A stretch of DNA of 64,000 nucleotides from Basidiobolus meristosporus CBS 931.73 (Eukaryota; Fungi; Basidiobolomycota), in NCBI GenBank assembly GCA_002104905.1, contig MCFE01000184.1:62001-126000 (forward strand), read 5' to 3'. The position numbers and the translations under genes are program-made. Position 1 is the first letter of the stretch; each line of letters starts with the position of its first letter. Below are positions 34,996 to 47,922 of this stretch, in pieces. The notes under the pieces are model-generated. The model was given only the letters and a program-made list of their open reading frames with translations, searched no databases and was not told where the DNA came from.

Positions 34996-36777
34996 CTAGC
35001 GGGTCCACTGACGTCCGTCACCAGCTCTGGAGTTCAAACTTCTCTGCTTGACGAAATGCTCCTTGCCATCATGGCTCTTGCCCTTGTACCCGGCACCAAA
35101 GCCACCACCTCCGCCACGACGCTCTACCTTCTCACCCTTGCCGCTGGCACCTATGCTGATGTTGACCTTGGGAGGCACAACGAACCCGAATGCCTTGGCA
35201 ACCTTTTGAAGATCCAACTGGTTGACGTTGAAGATGGATTTGAGGGAATAGGAAGCGTAAGCTTGCAAGTACGAACGGTAACCGTCACGTGCCGACTTGT
35301 TGAGGTAGTAGTTCTTCTCGACCAACTTCTCGAGTTGGGCTTGGACGTTGGCGATTTTGTTGTTGGGGAACTGGTACTCATTGAGGGGGACCTTGGCCTG
35401 CTTCAAGAAACGAAGGAAGCCTAGTTCGGAGGGGAGCAAGAACAGGAGAGATTTACCACGGGTACCGGCTCTGGCGGTACGGCCCACACGATGGATATAA
35501 TCTCTTGGATCATCCGGAGGATCGTATTGGATGATCCAATCGACGGCGGGGATATCGAGGCCACGGGCAGCAACATCGGTACAGATAAGAATACCGGTCT
35601 CGGCGTTGCAGAATTCGAAGAAAGTGTTGGTTCTCTTCTGCTGCTTCTGACGGCCGTGAAGATCCAATACGGGGATGTCGATGTAGTTCAACAACTCGGC
35701 GTGGTACTTGACGGAGTTACAGGAAGAGAAGAAGACAATGATCTTCTTCTTGAGGTTCTTCTTGAGGAAGGTGAACAGAAGTAGGAAGCGCTTGTCACTC
35801 TCGCAGACAACATAACCTTGCTCCAAACCTTCGGCGGTGGATGTGTCGTTTCTTTCATCAACGTTGATGTAGAGGGGTCCCTTCTTGAGCGACATTCTAG
35901 CAAGATCCTCGACCTTGGTGGTCTGGGTGGCCGAGAAAAGCATAGACTGACGAGACTCGTTGGGAAGAATACGAATAATCTGCTTCATTTCATCCTCGAA
36001 ACCGCATTCCAAAATTCTATCAGCCTCATCAATGACCAGCGCCTTCAAGTTCTTGAAGACGAATCCTCTGGTGTTTTGCAAGTGATCCAAAAGACGACCA
36101 GGAGTAGCAACGAGAAGGTTCACACCCTTGGTGAGCTTGTCGGCCTCAGCCTTTCTGTTGGCACCACCAATGACGATACCGAAAGTCTGGCTGTGGAACT
36201 TCAGAAGGTCCTTGGCAACCCCGAAAATCTGAAGGGCCAGTTCTCTGGTGGGGGAAATGATGATGACACCGGTGCCGTTTCTGGGCTTGAACTTGAGCTT
36301 GGCCAAAAGTTCGATGGCTGGGATCAAGAAAGCAAGGGTTTTTCCGGAACCAGTCTTGGCGGCACCAAGAACATCACGACCAGCCATAAGGGGAGGGATG
36401 GTGCGTGCTTGGACTTCAGTCATCTTGGTGAAGCCCATCTCGCCGATGGCGTTGGAGGTCTTCTCGGAGAGACCCAAAGCGCTAAATTCGTAGTTGAGCT
36501 CTTGACCTGTTTCGAAGCCTCATTAGTACGTATTCTATTACAGAGAACGTGCCAAGACATATTTACCAGCTTCGTTGAAATTCTCCTGTACAATGCCACC
36601 TTCCATCTTGTGCTCGCGAATGTTGCTTTCTTCGACGGGCTCTTCGTCACCAACCTCGACTTCATCGTTGGTTTGCTCGACCTCGGGCTTTTTACTGACA
36701 GGCCCGTCGTCCTCGGTCGCGACGTGCTTACGCTTCTTGTCGGCAGATTTCCTGGACTTCTTCTCTGCGGGTGCCAT
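34996..36777 (-). CDS. HAS1: DEAD-box RNA helicase Has1/DDX18 (one intron at ~36490-36557)
   Basis: [63 protein letters not shown]. Confidence 0.97.
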
Positions 36778-37671
36778 GGTGTCTCAGCTAGTAAGTCCTC
36801 TAGTTGGTGAAGTCCAATTCTAAAATACACTACCTCTTGAAGGCAAAAAAAAAAGTGAGAAAAAAAATCATGACCTGTTTTACCAAGAACAGTATTTTTT
36901 TTCTTTTCGGGAACATTCATTTTTTCGTCCATCAGCTGCCCTGTGCTAACCACGTCTCCACCTCGCCTTCCTGTTTAACTAATCACAAATCCTCCGAGCT
37001 GGGTTAAATTCCCTCGGAACGGAACGTAGGGAACATGAGATGAAACATTGTAAGATTTCCTGTAAACAATTCCACCCTGCCAATCAGGCGGTGTTGGCTG
37101 GATATCTCCTGTTTATTTTAAGGAATCTAAGATGTTTCATGAGCTTATATTCTTGATCTTCCGCTTATTACAGGAAGAATCAGTGACAAATGTTCATGTC
37201 ATATGAGGATGTAAACATTTCCCATTCCCTGAGGGGCGGTGATTTGTTGGAGACGGAGCATTCACTATTACTCCATTATTACTTGTATAATTTAGTTGAA
37301 CATTCGATTACCTGCCTACCCCACTTTGATAACACTTATCTGCAAGTAAATAGTGACAGGGTTTTCTCAAGTCACCTTTGTCAAGCTGGAGAACATAAAA
37401 CGAAGACCGAGTATAAGAAAGGCCGTGAAGGCGGTTAGAAATAAGGTTTGTTGCAATCCGCTTGCTCCCCATCTCCATAGTAACGGGCGTTAACCTTCTT
37501 TACAACTGGTTGGTGTCCCGCGTTGTCTAGGAGGTATTCTCTTCCTTCGCTATGCCTAACCATCCAGCGTCGCGCTCGGCCAACACATCTGACGAAATGA
37601 CTTGGTAAAAGCACTCTCTTTGGGTCAATCTGGCGTCGAGACAGAAGCCCTCTAAGCCTTTTAACTAATAG

Positions 37672-40420
37672 ATATCCAATGTCGAGCATTCGTACCAGTA
37701 TGTAAAGGAGATGGCAGAAGGGAACCAGACAGAGTTAGCATCTCTATTAAACTTTTTTCGCAATCGGTAAGGAAGAGTCAAGAATGGCCGCTCGACATTT
37801 TGTTAACACGTCCACGCGCAGCTTGATTATAGAAGACCAATACTGGAAGAGTCTCGACAAACTTGCTAAAAAACAGGCCGAATTCTTCCCTTTAATGTAA
37901 TTTCGAGCCGTTAGCCTATTGCGCTGCCAATCCAACCCTAAGCTCCCAACTATTTGAAATTTTCAGGACTGGAACTTCAAACCTAATGACCACTTCCCAA
38001 CAAGCCTTTAAAGCCATCGTGTCTGCTCACGAAGATATGGCGGCTGCGCATAAAACAATCGCCGAGAGGCTCTCCAGGGAGGTTGTGCAGTGTCTTGCTA
38101 TGATCAAAGTAAGATTACAACAACCCTGTCACCCAGGAACATGGTGACTAACTAACGTTGCCAGGATAAACATCGGACTAAAAGCGCCCAGGTCAAATCT
38201 ACATTGAAGTCATCCAACAAGGAGTATTTGGAATACAGAACCCAGGTCTTACCGAAAGTAAGCGTTGCCCCGTGGTGCAATTTGAAGAGGCGTAGTAACT
38301 GATCTGTTTCACGGGGTTTAGTTACAGAAGGCGTATACCTCCAAATGCGAGTCGCTTCAGCAAGCATTTGGCAACGACGAGGAGAACCAACCCTCTCGAC
38401 ATAAACACGCCGTCTCCAAGGTGCGTTCAATGTCTAACCACACATACATCCGACCCACCTGCTGATACTTTTGCACAGAACCTGGCCAAATACGCCAAAG
38501 CTAAAAAAGAGATGGATGATGCAGGTACAAATTGTCGTGATGAACCAGTCGAAATCTGATTCTAACCAGCTCTTGCACTCTAGACGAAGATTACCGCCAA
38601 GGCATTCAAGAACTGGAACGCGTGAGGCAGAAGCACGCATTCCATACCAAGAGTGCATTCGAGGTAACAGCGAACCGCCCACCCCCTCCTTGGCAACGCA
38701 CTTACGACCTTGTCTCCGATAGGAATCGAGAGTCATGGAGATTGAGCGCATCGAGCAGACAAAGGAGATCTTCCAAAAGTTTGGTATCGCGGAGCAGGAA
38801 ATGTGTGACAGGACAAACGCGGTACGTGTAACAAACGCCGTGACCAAGATGAACCGGTTGCTGAAATGATGATTAGATACTGGAGCAGATTTTCCCCTAC
38901 GTGGAATGCATCAAGCCTGACGTCGACATCAAATTGTTCAGCGCATCCAGGCAGTCACATGACTACGCCCTGCCGCCACCAGTGTACTACCACAACTACT
39001 ACGTTGGCGTAACTAAAGGTAAATACGACGTATGCGCCCACCGGAATCGCATTGTTGATTCATCGATTATCCTGTAGATCTGATATTCGGGGTGCCGTTA
39101 ACCGAGCACCATCGACTGAAGAAGCGACACGTGCCGTTGATTGTAGAAAAGTGCATTGATTTTATCGATCATCATGGTTGGTGGTGGTTTTGGTTTGCTC
39201 ACCCTGTGCAACTGTTGATATCCTTTTAGGTCTGGACAAAGAGGGCATCTACAGGATATCAGGCAAGCACACCCAAGTCCAACAGCTCCGACAGGCGTTT
39301 GAGAAGAGCGAGGCGATAAGCCTGACTGATGATGTAAGCGTCGCCTCGGTGGCTGGTTTGTTGAAAACGTACATCAAGGAGCTTCCCGAGCCTTTGTTTC
39401 CCTTCCCATTTAACGAGCGTGTGGAGTATTCAAGTATGACCCGAGTTCCGATCTCGCTGGGTGTGTTTCGTTAGGTGCGTTTCATACTCACGCATGTTTC
39501 CCATTCATCAGAGAATCCCGACTCCGCTGACAGGCTGCTGACCCTGCGCCACAAGCTAAGCACCCTGCCTGATGCCCACCTCTACACATTGTTATATCTA
39601 GCCCGGCATCTGTCTCGGTAAGCCAACCCACATTCCCCAGTTTGCCCAACGTGAGAACTCACCTAATGCTACCAGGGTGGTGCAGCATTCTGACGTCAAC
39701 AAAATGAACCTCTCGAACATCTGCCTGATCTTCACCCCGGTGATATTTTACGATGCGCCCGATTCCACCGGGGCAGGGTTTCTCGCGGAACGACAGTGCG
39801 ACATTGTGTTGGAGGACCTGGTCGGCAACATCCAGGATATCTCGGACTCGGATGGGTTGCTAAATACGGAGGGCCTGTCATCCAGAAACCGGTCAAGTCA
39901 ACCATCTGGTTTGTCCCCCGCACGCCAACACAGTAGAAACCTGTCAGCGGACGCCATCCTCAAGTCATCGCCAAGGCTGCCCGAACGATCCCATTCGGCC
40001 AACGCGCTGCTATCGAAGGAGTACCGGCTGTCCGAGCCATCCATAGACAGTTTGAGTATCAGCACCCGGAACTCTCAGCTATCCTTCGAGTCGCACAACA
40101 GCCAGTTCTCATTCAGTGACAACGCGGAGTTTTCTCTAAGCACCATCCCAGAGGCCAGCTTCGAGGCCCTGAAAACCCCGGAAAGCCCGTCCTTCCTGCA
40201 CCCTCTGCCACCCTCCTTACCGCCACGGGGGAGTTATTCCCCACGGTCCTCCATCTCATCCAGCAGATCCTGGAACCGAGAATCCACCCAAGGGGACGTT
40301 TCACTGAGTGAATCCTCACAGGACAGTGAGCCCACCACTGCAAAATGCTCCAGCACTTCCACCGTAGCCCCAACTCACTCCATCACGCCGCCTGAGTCGC
40401 TCAACAACCTAATCTCCTAG
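37672..40420 (+). CDS. F-BAR (FCH) + RhoGAP protein, Rgd1-like; 5' end uncertain
   Basis: Helical FCH-type exons (LLNFFRNR..IEDQYWKSLDKLAKK); RhoGAP motifs IFGVPL, VPLIVEKCIDFI, EGIYRISG, GLLKTYIKELPEPLF, NKMNLSNICLIFTP; Ser-rich tail. Confidence 0.85.
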
Positions 40421-41155
40421 CGGGGGATACTGGCCGTTACCACCAGTGGGTTGGTGCTTGTTTGATACTTTCGAGCTTTCCTTCACGTCATTTTCATTGA
40501 ACTCATCTGGCACGCCTCCTCACTCGCGAACAAAGATACGGATGGGAGGGAGCGGCTGGGTTCGTTGTTGTTTGTACCATGTCCTCGTCACGCCTCCGCC
40601 CCACACCCACCTTTATTCTAGTTCTTAACCTCACCTTCCCACCTTTAACATTCATCACATCCTGTTGCGAGCGAGTTCCCTCGATCCTTCACGCAGTAAC
40701 TGTTAACCCACTCATAGTTAATTTATTCCTCAATAGAGACCGAAATGCCACGAGCCCTTCTCCACTCGGCCGCTCGCACGTCGTGACTGTATGTGGCGTG
40801 TACACGGTGGCCGCCCCGGAAATCGGGTGGCTGCACGCGTGAGGCCGAGGTTCGATTTCGGGCAAGTCATATCGAAGTAGCAAATAAATAGTGTAGGATG
40901 CCAATCAAGTTTATGATACCAAGGTCTAAAAGTGGTACAAAAAGAGTTCACACGAATACGCATGGTATGGAGTCAAGCTAGGGGCGGGTGAGGAGAGAGG
41001 GGGGTGGGGGAAGGAGGCACGCTCGTTCTGAAGATTCCTAAGCGTATGCGTTAGGGGTCAAGGGTGACGGGTGGGGTGTATGCGCGGAAGTGTGCGTGGT
41101 CTAACAGGGTTGATGGGGGATGACAAGGAGGGGAGATTTCGAACCACCCAGCCGC

Positions 41156-44100
41156 TCAAGAAACGATCTTGTAAGCGTCTCCCAATCGTCTCAAGAAGCT
41201 CTGGACCGCTTGGCGGATATCGGTATGAAGCTTGCTCGAGAAGAGGGCCAGGATCTGTGGATAGAGCTGGGGAGCATGCTTGGTGAACTGGCGAGACCAG
41301 GGAGAGGATGGGTTAGGAGTTGTGGGAGCTTGGTTGAGAACTAGGTTAAAATGGGGCTTACCCGGGATTCATCCAGTTCGGAGAACCTGGTCAGGACTTT
41401 GACTACGACCGGGCGCCAGATCTCTAGGTTCGAGTCGACCGAGCTACGGTCGATCATGTTGTACGAGCTCAATATCGTATATGAGAGTCTAGAAACACCA
41501 TTAGAATCAGGTCGATGGCGACAAGGAAGGTCATGTACGAAGGCTTACGGGGTGAGTTTGTCCTCCACTTCGTCAGTGTGGTTCTGGCGGTCTTGGGCGC
41601 TGTCGCTGTACATCTTGAAGAGGAGAAGAATACAGGTGTGCGCGCTCTGGGTCTCCTGTCGGAAGAGATTGGGAAGCTGCGGCATCAAATCTGGTGGGCC
41701 CCGCAGTCAGTGAGGTTCATAAGGGTACAGGGTCAAAGTAACAAGCATACGGTACCTGCTTCATAAATGGCTTTACGGAGTTCCATATCGGAGTTGAATC
41801 GTTTGGCAAAGGAGAAGGACCGTTCGAGGCAGTCGATGATGATGAACAAGTGATGGGAGTCGATTGAGCGATACACAACGTCGTTGCTGCTGAAAAGATC
41901 TTCCACAGTTTGGACCAACAGAAGTCGAAGAACGCATTTGGCAGTGATGCGTCGGAATTCCTGCTTGTGCTGATCCATCTGATAGTATGAGGCAGCGGGA
42001 GTGGGGGCGGGGTTGGAGCGCATAGGAAGGGCAGCAGCGAGAGACGGGCTCGAGGGGGAATCAGTGTGGAGCAAGGTTTTGCGGAAGTCGAACAGGCCTT
42101 GTGGGTTGCTCTTGTCGAACAAAGTAACGAAAGTGGAGCATATCTTGTCCCAGAGTGCCCCGTTCAACCGGGCAACGTTGCTCTCGATAAGCCTTTGCAG
42201 ACAGCTATTGCCGATGCGACCCAGCGTCTCGTTCTCGTGGGTGATACACACCGTGAGCAACTCCAGCACGCCATCCATCATGGCGTTGAGCGAATCGAAG
42301 TAGAAGGTGAACAGGTCGATGGTGTTGCGAAGTGCCTGAACGAGCGTGGTGGAGATCCACACGCTCAGATCCTCCTGGCTTCTGAACCTGGACTTCTTAC
42401 TGGAGGAGTCCAGATCGTGGAACATGGGGAAAACGATTTGCTGGAACATCGATGCCCAGAAGTCGCAGGAGAAATTGGCGCCGTGTTGCTTGAAAGTGTC
42501 AAACATAAAGTCCAGGGCGCGATCCCGAACCTCCAGATCGTCACAGTTCATGATGATGTCGTAGAGGCCATGCATGATTGGAAGCCAGACCGAGAGCTCG
42601 GAGTCTTCCTGGGGCGTAGGGGATTCGTTATGCATGGGGATTCCAATCTGGCGGGTGATCAGATCCTGGGTGACCTGCTTGTAGATCTCCATCGAGTGAA
42701 GGCTGATCTTCACGAAGCGCGTGTTCTTGCAAAACTCCATCAGACACGACACGAAGTCGTCCAGGTATCCGTGGGCCGCAATCTCGTGGAAATTCTCCTT
42801 CGAAATCGACTTGACGATCTCGAACGCCATGGCCACGATCGCCTCGTTGTCTTCCTTGGCGGCCTTGGAGAAGACGCCGAACATCGTCTTCCATCCCGAG
42901 CGGATGTGGTACCCGCGAGCTTGGATCATCTGCTGCAGACAGCGGAGAATCATGTCTTTGATGCTGTGGTTCTGGTTGTGCTCCAGGATGAATTCGAATG
43001 GCTTCAAGAAGTCCTTCTGGAACTTGAAATGGGGAAGCTCCTCCTTCTCCAGAAACTTCATCGAGAGCTGTCGGAGAGAGTCCAGCGCGAAGAATCCCAC
43101 GTGGGCATTGGCATGGCAGCCAACCTGGTTGAAGTGGTCACCCAGGATGTCCCACATGTTGGACCATTCCATACGGATTCTGCTCATGTTGTAGTAGCAA
43201 ATCTCCACCAGCTTCTGCAGACAGTAGGTTCTAGGATGCTCCGCATTCTTCGACGAATGGATCTCCTCCATCGAAATCTCGCTGAGCGCCTTGACAAAGT
43301 CGACCACAGCATGTCCTGACAGGCGAACGCTCCCAGTGAAGATACGATCGACCGCGACCACCACCTGCTGCGACCTGGTCTCGATCGCCGCCTCTTCAGC
43401 GTACGAGGGAAGGGGCGCCGCACCTCGGCCGGACTTGTTCGAGTGAAGGGATGCGGTAGATTGCCGCTTCTCAAGATGGCCTGGCGAGTGGGAAAGGCGT
43501 CTGGCCTTGGTCAGATCAGGAATCGCGTCGCCATCAGCACCGTTGCTGATCAGCTGGAATCGCTCGAGCTGGCTTACGCAAGCGAGGACATCTCTCCACG
43601 ATTCCTTGAGGTAGTTGCCCTCCGAGTGAGCAATCTCAAGCAAGGTCTTGATCGCTTCCACGTTCTTGACCTTCATCTCGCTTAGGTTGTTTAGGTAGGT
43701 GAACTTCGCAAGGGTCGATACAAAAGCGTTTCTCTCCAGCTCCATGTCGAACGCAGCGGCGATGTGGACAGCGAACTTCAGCCCTTCGAGGGATAAGTTG
43801 ACGACCTCCAAATCATCGTAGTCCTGCATCGGGGTGCTGACTCCGGCCAAAAACGCCATCCACACCAACTCGAACATGGGTCGGACATGCTCGAAGTGAG
43901 ACGCGCTGTAGTAGGTAGCCTGGAGGCGGCTGATGCCCCGTCTGCCCCGTCCCTTGAAGATTGCTTCTGTCTTCGAGGCCAGCTCGGCGGACGCGTGGGC
44001 ATTGAACTCGCGTCTGGCCTTGCCGGTGATCACCTCGAAGGGGGACAGATCTCTAAAAATGCTCATCGGCCCATTGGAGGCGGAGTTCGCGGCGGCGCCT

Positions 44101-47100
44101 TTCTCGTCCTTGATGCGGATCTCGTTCTTCGAGATGTCGTCGTAGATCTCTTCCAGAAACTCCGCTGGCAAATCGGCCTTGTCATCGATCCCGGCGTTGT
44201 TCTTGAGGAACTCCGCCTTGGTCATCCGGTTCTTCACCTGCGGGTTGTGGAGATCGGTGTTGAGCATGATCACCGAGTAGGCCAGGACGTAGGCTGTATC
44301 GGCGTTGGCGAACACCCCGGCATTTCCGATCACGTACCGCTCAGCGAACTTGAGCATGAACCTGTCGATCTTCTGTGCCTCGCCTGGTAGACGGAACGCC
44401 TGGAGGAACTTTCGTAGCGCATCGACGAAGTGCATCTTGCTGAAGTTCATCACGTCGACAAACGCGTGCATGATGGCGATGCTTTCCTCATTCCCCTCGC
44501 CCAGAAACTCTCCCAACGTCGTCTTGTTGACGCCCTCGGACTTCAACAAGAAGCGGGCGATGGTCTTGGGCTCGCTGTTTTCAATACAGTGCGCGTCTAG
44601 CAGGAACTTCAGCCCCTTCTTGGGTCTCCAATTGAACATCTGGATACCCTGCTGAAGAATCTGTTTGCGGTGCTTCAGACTCTCGAACTGGCTGGGGTCG
44701 TCGAGTGGTAGAGATCGGACGCTCTGACCAGAGCCGTTAAGTATCGGGCTCGGAGAGGAGTATCCGTTCACAATAGTGCTTACGTTACTGTCGTATCCAT
44801 CCTCGCTCTTACGCAAACCAGACCGGTCCATCTTCTCGTCATCGTACACCGGATTCTCGGCGTCCGCTATCATCAGGCCCTTGTCGCTCCATGTGGTCAA
44901 TGAGCGGAGGACAGCTACGAGACACTTCAGTGCCTTCTGCCTGATGTCATTCTCGTTGCCTTGGTTTTGAAGCTGCTGCTGCGAGGCCAAGGTGTTGTTC
45001 AATGAGGTGGTGGTCAATGACGGCTGAACAACACTCGAATGGAGAGGCGAGTTGGGAAGATGAGAGCTTCCGGAGGCTGTGGAGTCCGTGTGGATGGAGG
45101 TGATCTTCGAGAGAACATTCACCAATCTTTCGTAGATGTTATCCAGCGCCTCTTTGTCACAGTCGTAGTTCAAATAGATTTCAACCAGAGCCTGAGGATC
45201 GTTGCATATGTTCTCCAACACCCCCAGCAGAACCAGTTTTTGGTGGAATGAGGCTGAGCGCATCTCTAGAATGGGAAGGAAGATCTCCTTGAAAAACACC
45301 TCGATCTCCTTCTTCAAGAGCATACGCAACCCTTGGAGGAGCTTCAGGAAGATCTCAAGGGAAACCTCGAAAATTCCTCCCTCCGTCAAAACAAGGTTAC
45401 GACTCAAACTCAAGCAAAGGTACTGCTTGACTGATGTCAAAAGAGTAACGTGGACCGGTTGATTGTCCTCCGCATAGGTCACGAAGCCCACCTTGGGGGA
45501 GGCAAACGTCTCCAAGTGAGAGGTGATGATGGTTAGGATAAGATGAAGCGACAAGAGTTTAGAGCGCATGGAGAGAGACTTCACGTCGGACGCCCCTTCG
45601 GTAGTGATTGGCTTCATGGACAAACGGCAAAGTGCTCGGAAGAGCAAATACGCGTCCCGAACTTCCATGTCGTTGGAGTCGCTCTCTTGACTCCCGGCGC
45701 CTGTGTGCTCTTTGGGAAGTTCATCTTGTGTCACCGAAGGAGATTTGGTGAGGTCGTTGTCTTTGAAGGCGCTAGAAATACTGTCTGATTCGGTGGGTAG
45801 GTTCTCAGTCGGTGAATGCTCTCCTGTCGCAATACTTTCCTGAGGCTCTTCAACCGCCGGTGTTGAATTCAACTCGGTGGGCGCTTGGCTCTCCGCAGTC
45901 TTAGCATCGCTAGTGTCCGTGGGAGTTTCTGCACTTGTATCCAGTGGTACTTCCACCAGACCATCATCGTCGTCGAAACTCTCGGGCTCATTACTGATGG
46001 TTTCAATTTGCACCTGCTCTTGTTCCTGGGAAGTTTGAGCCGTTGTATCTTCTGTGGGGGATGCACTCTCGTCGGCCACCTCAGCTTCGTCATCCTTTTC
46101 CTCGTTGTCATGCATTTTCTCATCATCAGGGTCAGACCTGACGTCCGTATCACCTTCAGGTGTAGAATCAGGAAGCGAGAGATCCCCCGCTTCCTGCTTT
46201 AGAATGATTTCTTTGACGTCTTGACTGGAATCGTTTCGGAGGATTTTGGGTGAGTGTGCGGTGGTGGTGGCGGAATCACCGCCATTTGCTATAGCACTTC
46301 TTCCGATCTTAATGCGACCGAATATAGCGTGAACCATCTGGGTGAGAGTACCCTGGGCAATGGTCTGATTTACGGGATCCCTAGAGAGTAGGAAGATGTT
46401 ATATGTTGTTCGGACTGCCTTTAGAAGAGCTCTTTGGTGGATTTTGAAGGTTTCCGAGGTGATGGCAGCAAGCAGGGCCTTGAAAAGAGGGGGGAATAAG
46501 CTTTAACTGCTATATCTCTGGTGTACCTAACTAAACTATCCAAAATGATACCTTGATGATCTGCAACTGAATCTTGTCATTCGTTCCTTCACCAGTAAAA
46601 CAATCGCAAACCAGGTCAATCAACTGATCTGTTAGTGGGACTCGTGCGCCGGGCGATAGTTCTACACCAGGCTCTTCTAAGGATACTTTATCCTTCTCCT
46701 CGGGTTTATCAGGGTTGGTGTCTGCTGCCGAAGGCTCGGGTGCAGTAAGCACGATGGTCGGGATCGTCTCACCATTGAAAATGTAGTTGTAGGTGATGAG
46801 ATTTCCAATACAATCGATAGCGGTAACAATAAGATTGACGACTCCGGTCTGACAGGCCAACTTTAGTGGTAAGAATAAGGCCACCGAATCACTAGAAAAG
46901 AATGGAGTATTAGAATCAGGATCCTCGATAAGTAACCTTGGCAGGGGTTCGATACCTCGCTGTACAAACAGTGGCGTCGGGATAGCTCTTTATCACGTCT
47001 GTGGTGAGAGAAAGGTTATCAATGAAGCCTTCGGAGGGGGAAATAGCAGAGAAGTTCAGTAAGGTTGAGAAGTACACATGCCTAGGGCTCTTGTGACGGC

Positions 47101-47274
47101 CTCGCTCAGCTCTTTGTTCTTTCTTCCTTGCTTCGATTTCTGGATGCTCTCAAGCGCATTAATGATAAATAGAGCGCCGGCAGCCAAGTGGCTCTTGGAG
47201 GTTGCGGTAGATGATGAGCCCTCCGTGACCGTTGAGGCTGTCGGGGATGGTGGCCCAGTATGGTTTTCGGACAT
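41156..47274 (-). CDS. SEC7: Sec7/BIG-family ARF guanine-nucleotide exchange factor (multi-exon)
   Basis: Sec7 domain FRLPGEAQKIDRFMLKFAERY, YVLAYSVIMLNTDLHN; HUS box YLNYDCD; HDS regions; DCB N-terminus. Confidence 0.97.
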
Positions 47275-47922
47275 CGGGAGATCCACTACCCAATGAAGGA
47301 GAATACAATAATTATGGCAACAAAAAACCGAGGTCTGTAGAAATCAAAGGGACAAGGATGCTGGCTACAGTGAAAGGCAGAGAAAATCGAAAATCGGTAT
47401 CTTCGGAAGCCGCTCTATCCTCGGCAATGATTAGAAATTGGCGAAATCACCAGTGAACTCCGATTCAATCAGGATCCCCTTTTCAACAAATACCTGCCCA
47501 CCCATTCCACTCGGGCTTATTTTCAGCCCTTCTCTATGATGTACCTTTGATACCATTGATTTGGTAGATTAGTCCCCAATTCTGGCTGGTGACAGGTCAT
47601 CGTTGATCCATGCGATTTGTTACTACGGAACAAACATCAACTGTAGTGGATCTCTTGAGCCAACAATTTGTTCGTGGTGCACCTGGAGAGCGTGGAGGAA
47701 TACCTGCCGAACGATTGGCCAGGGGAGTGTGCAGGTATGATGTGCTTCGGTGGCAAGGCGTTCTGGAATGACCCTCTCCATCGCTGAGAATGCATCACGC
47801 ACTGTTTTGATTTTGGGATCAAATGAAATCTATGTTTACCACAAGCAAAAGCCAAACATTCTTGGGATGAATTTTGCGTGGCCTAAAACACGACTTGACC
47901 TAGCCCGAGCAGTGGTAAAAGC

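Noticed and set aside
35818-36810. 330-aa antisense ORF over HAS1
   Set aside because: Typical antisense shadow of a codon-biased gene; no motifs
42066-43319. 417-aa antisense ORF over SEC7
   Set aside because: Antisense shadow of a GC3-rich coding exon; no recognisable domain
46940-46962. GGTTCGATACC resembling a tRNA T-loop
   Set aside because: No cloverleaf, A box or acceptor stem; it lies within the SEC7 gene
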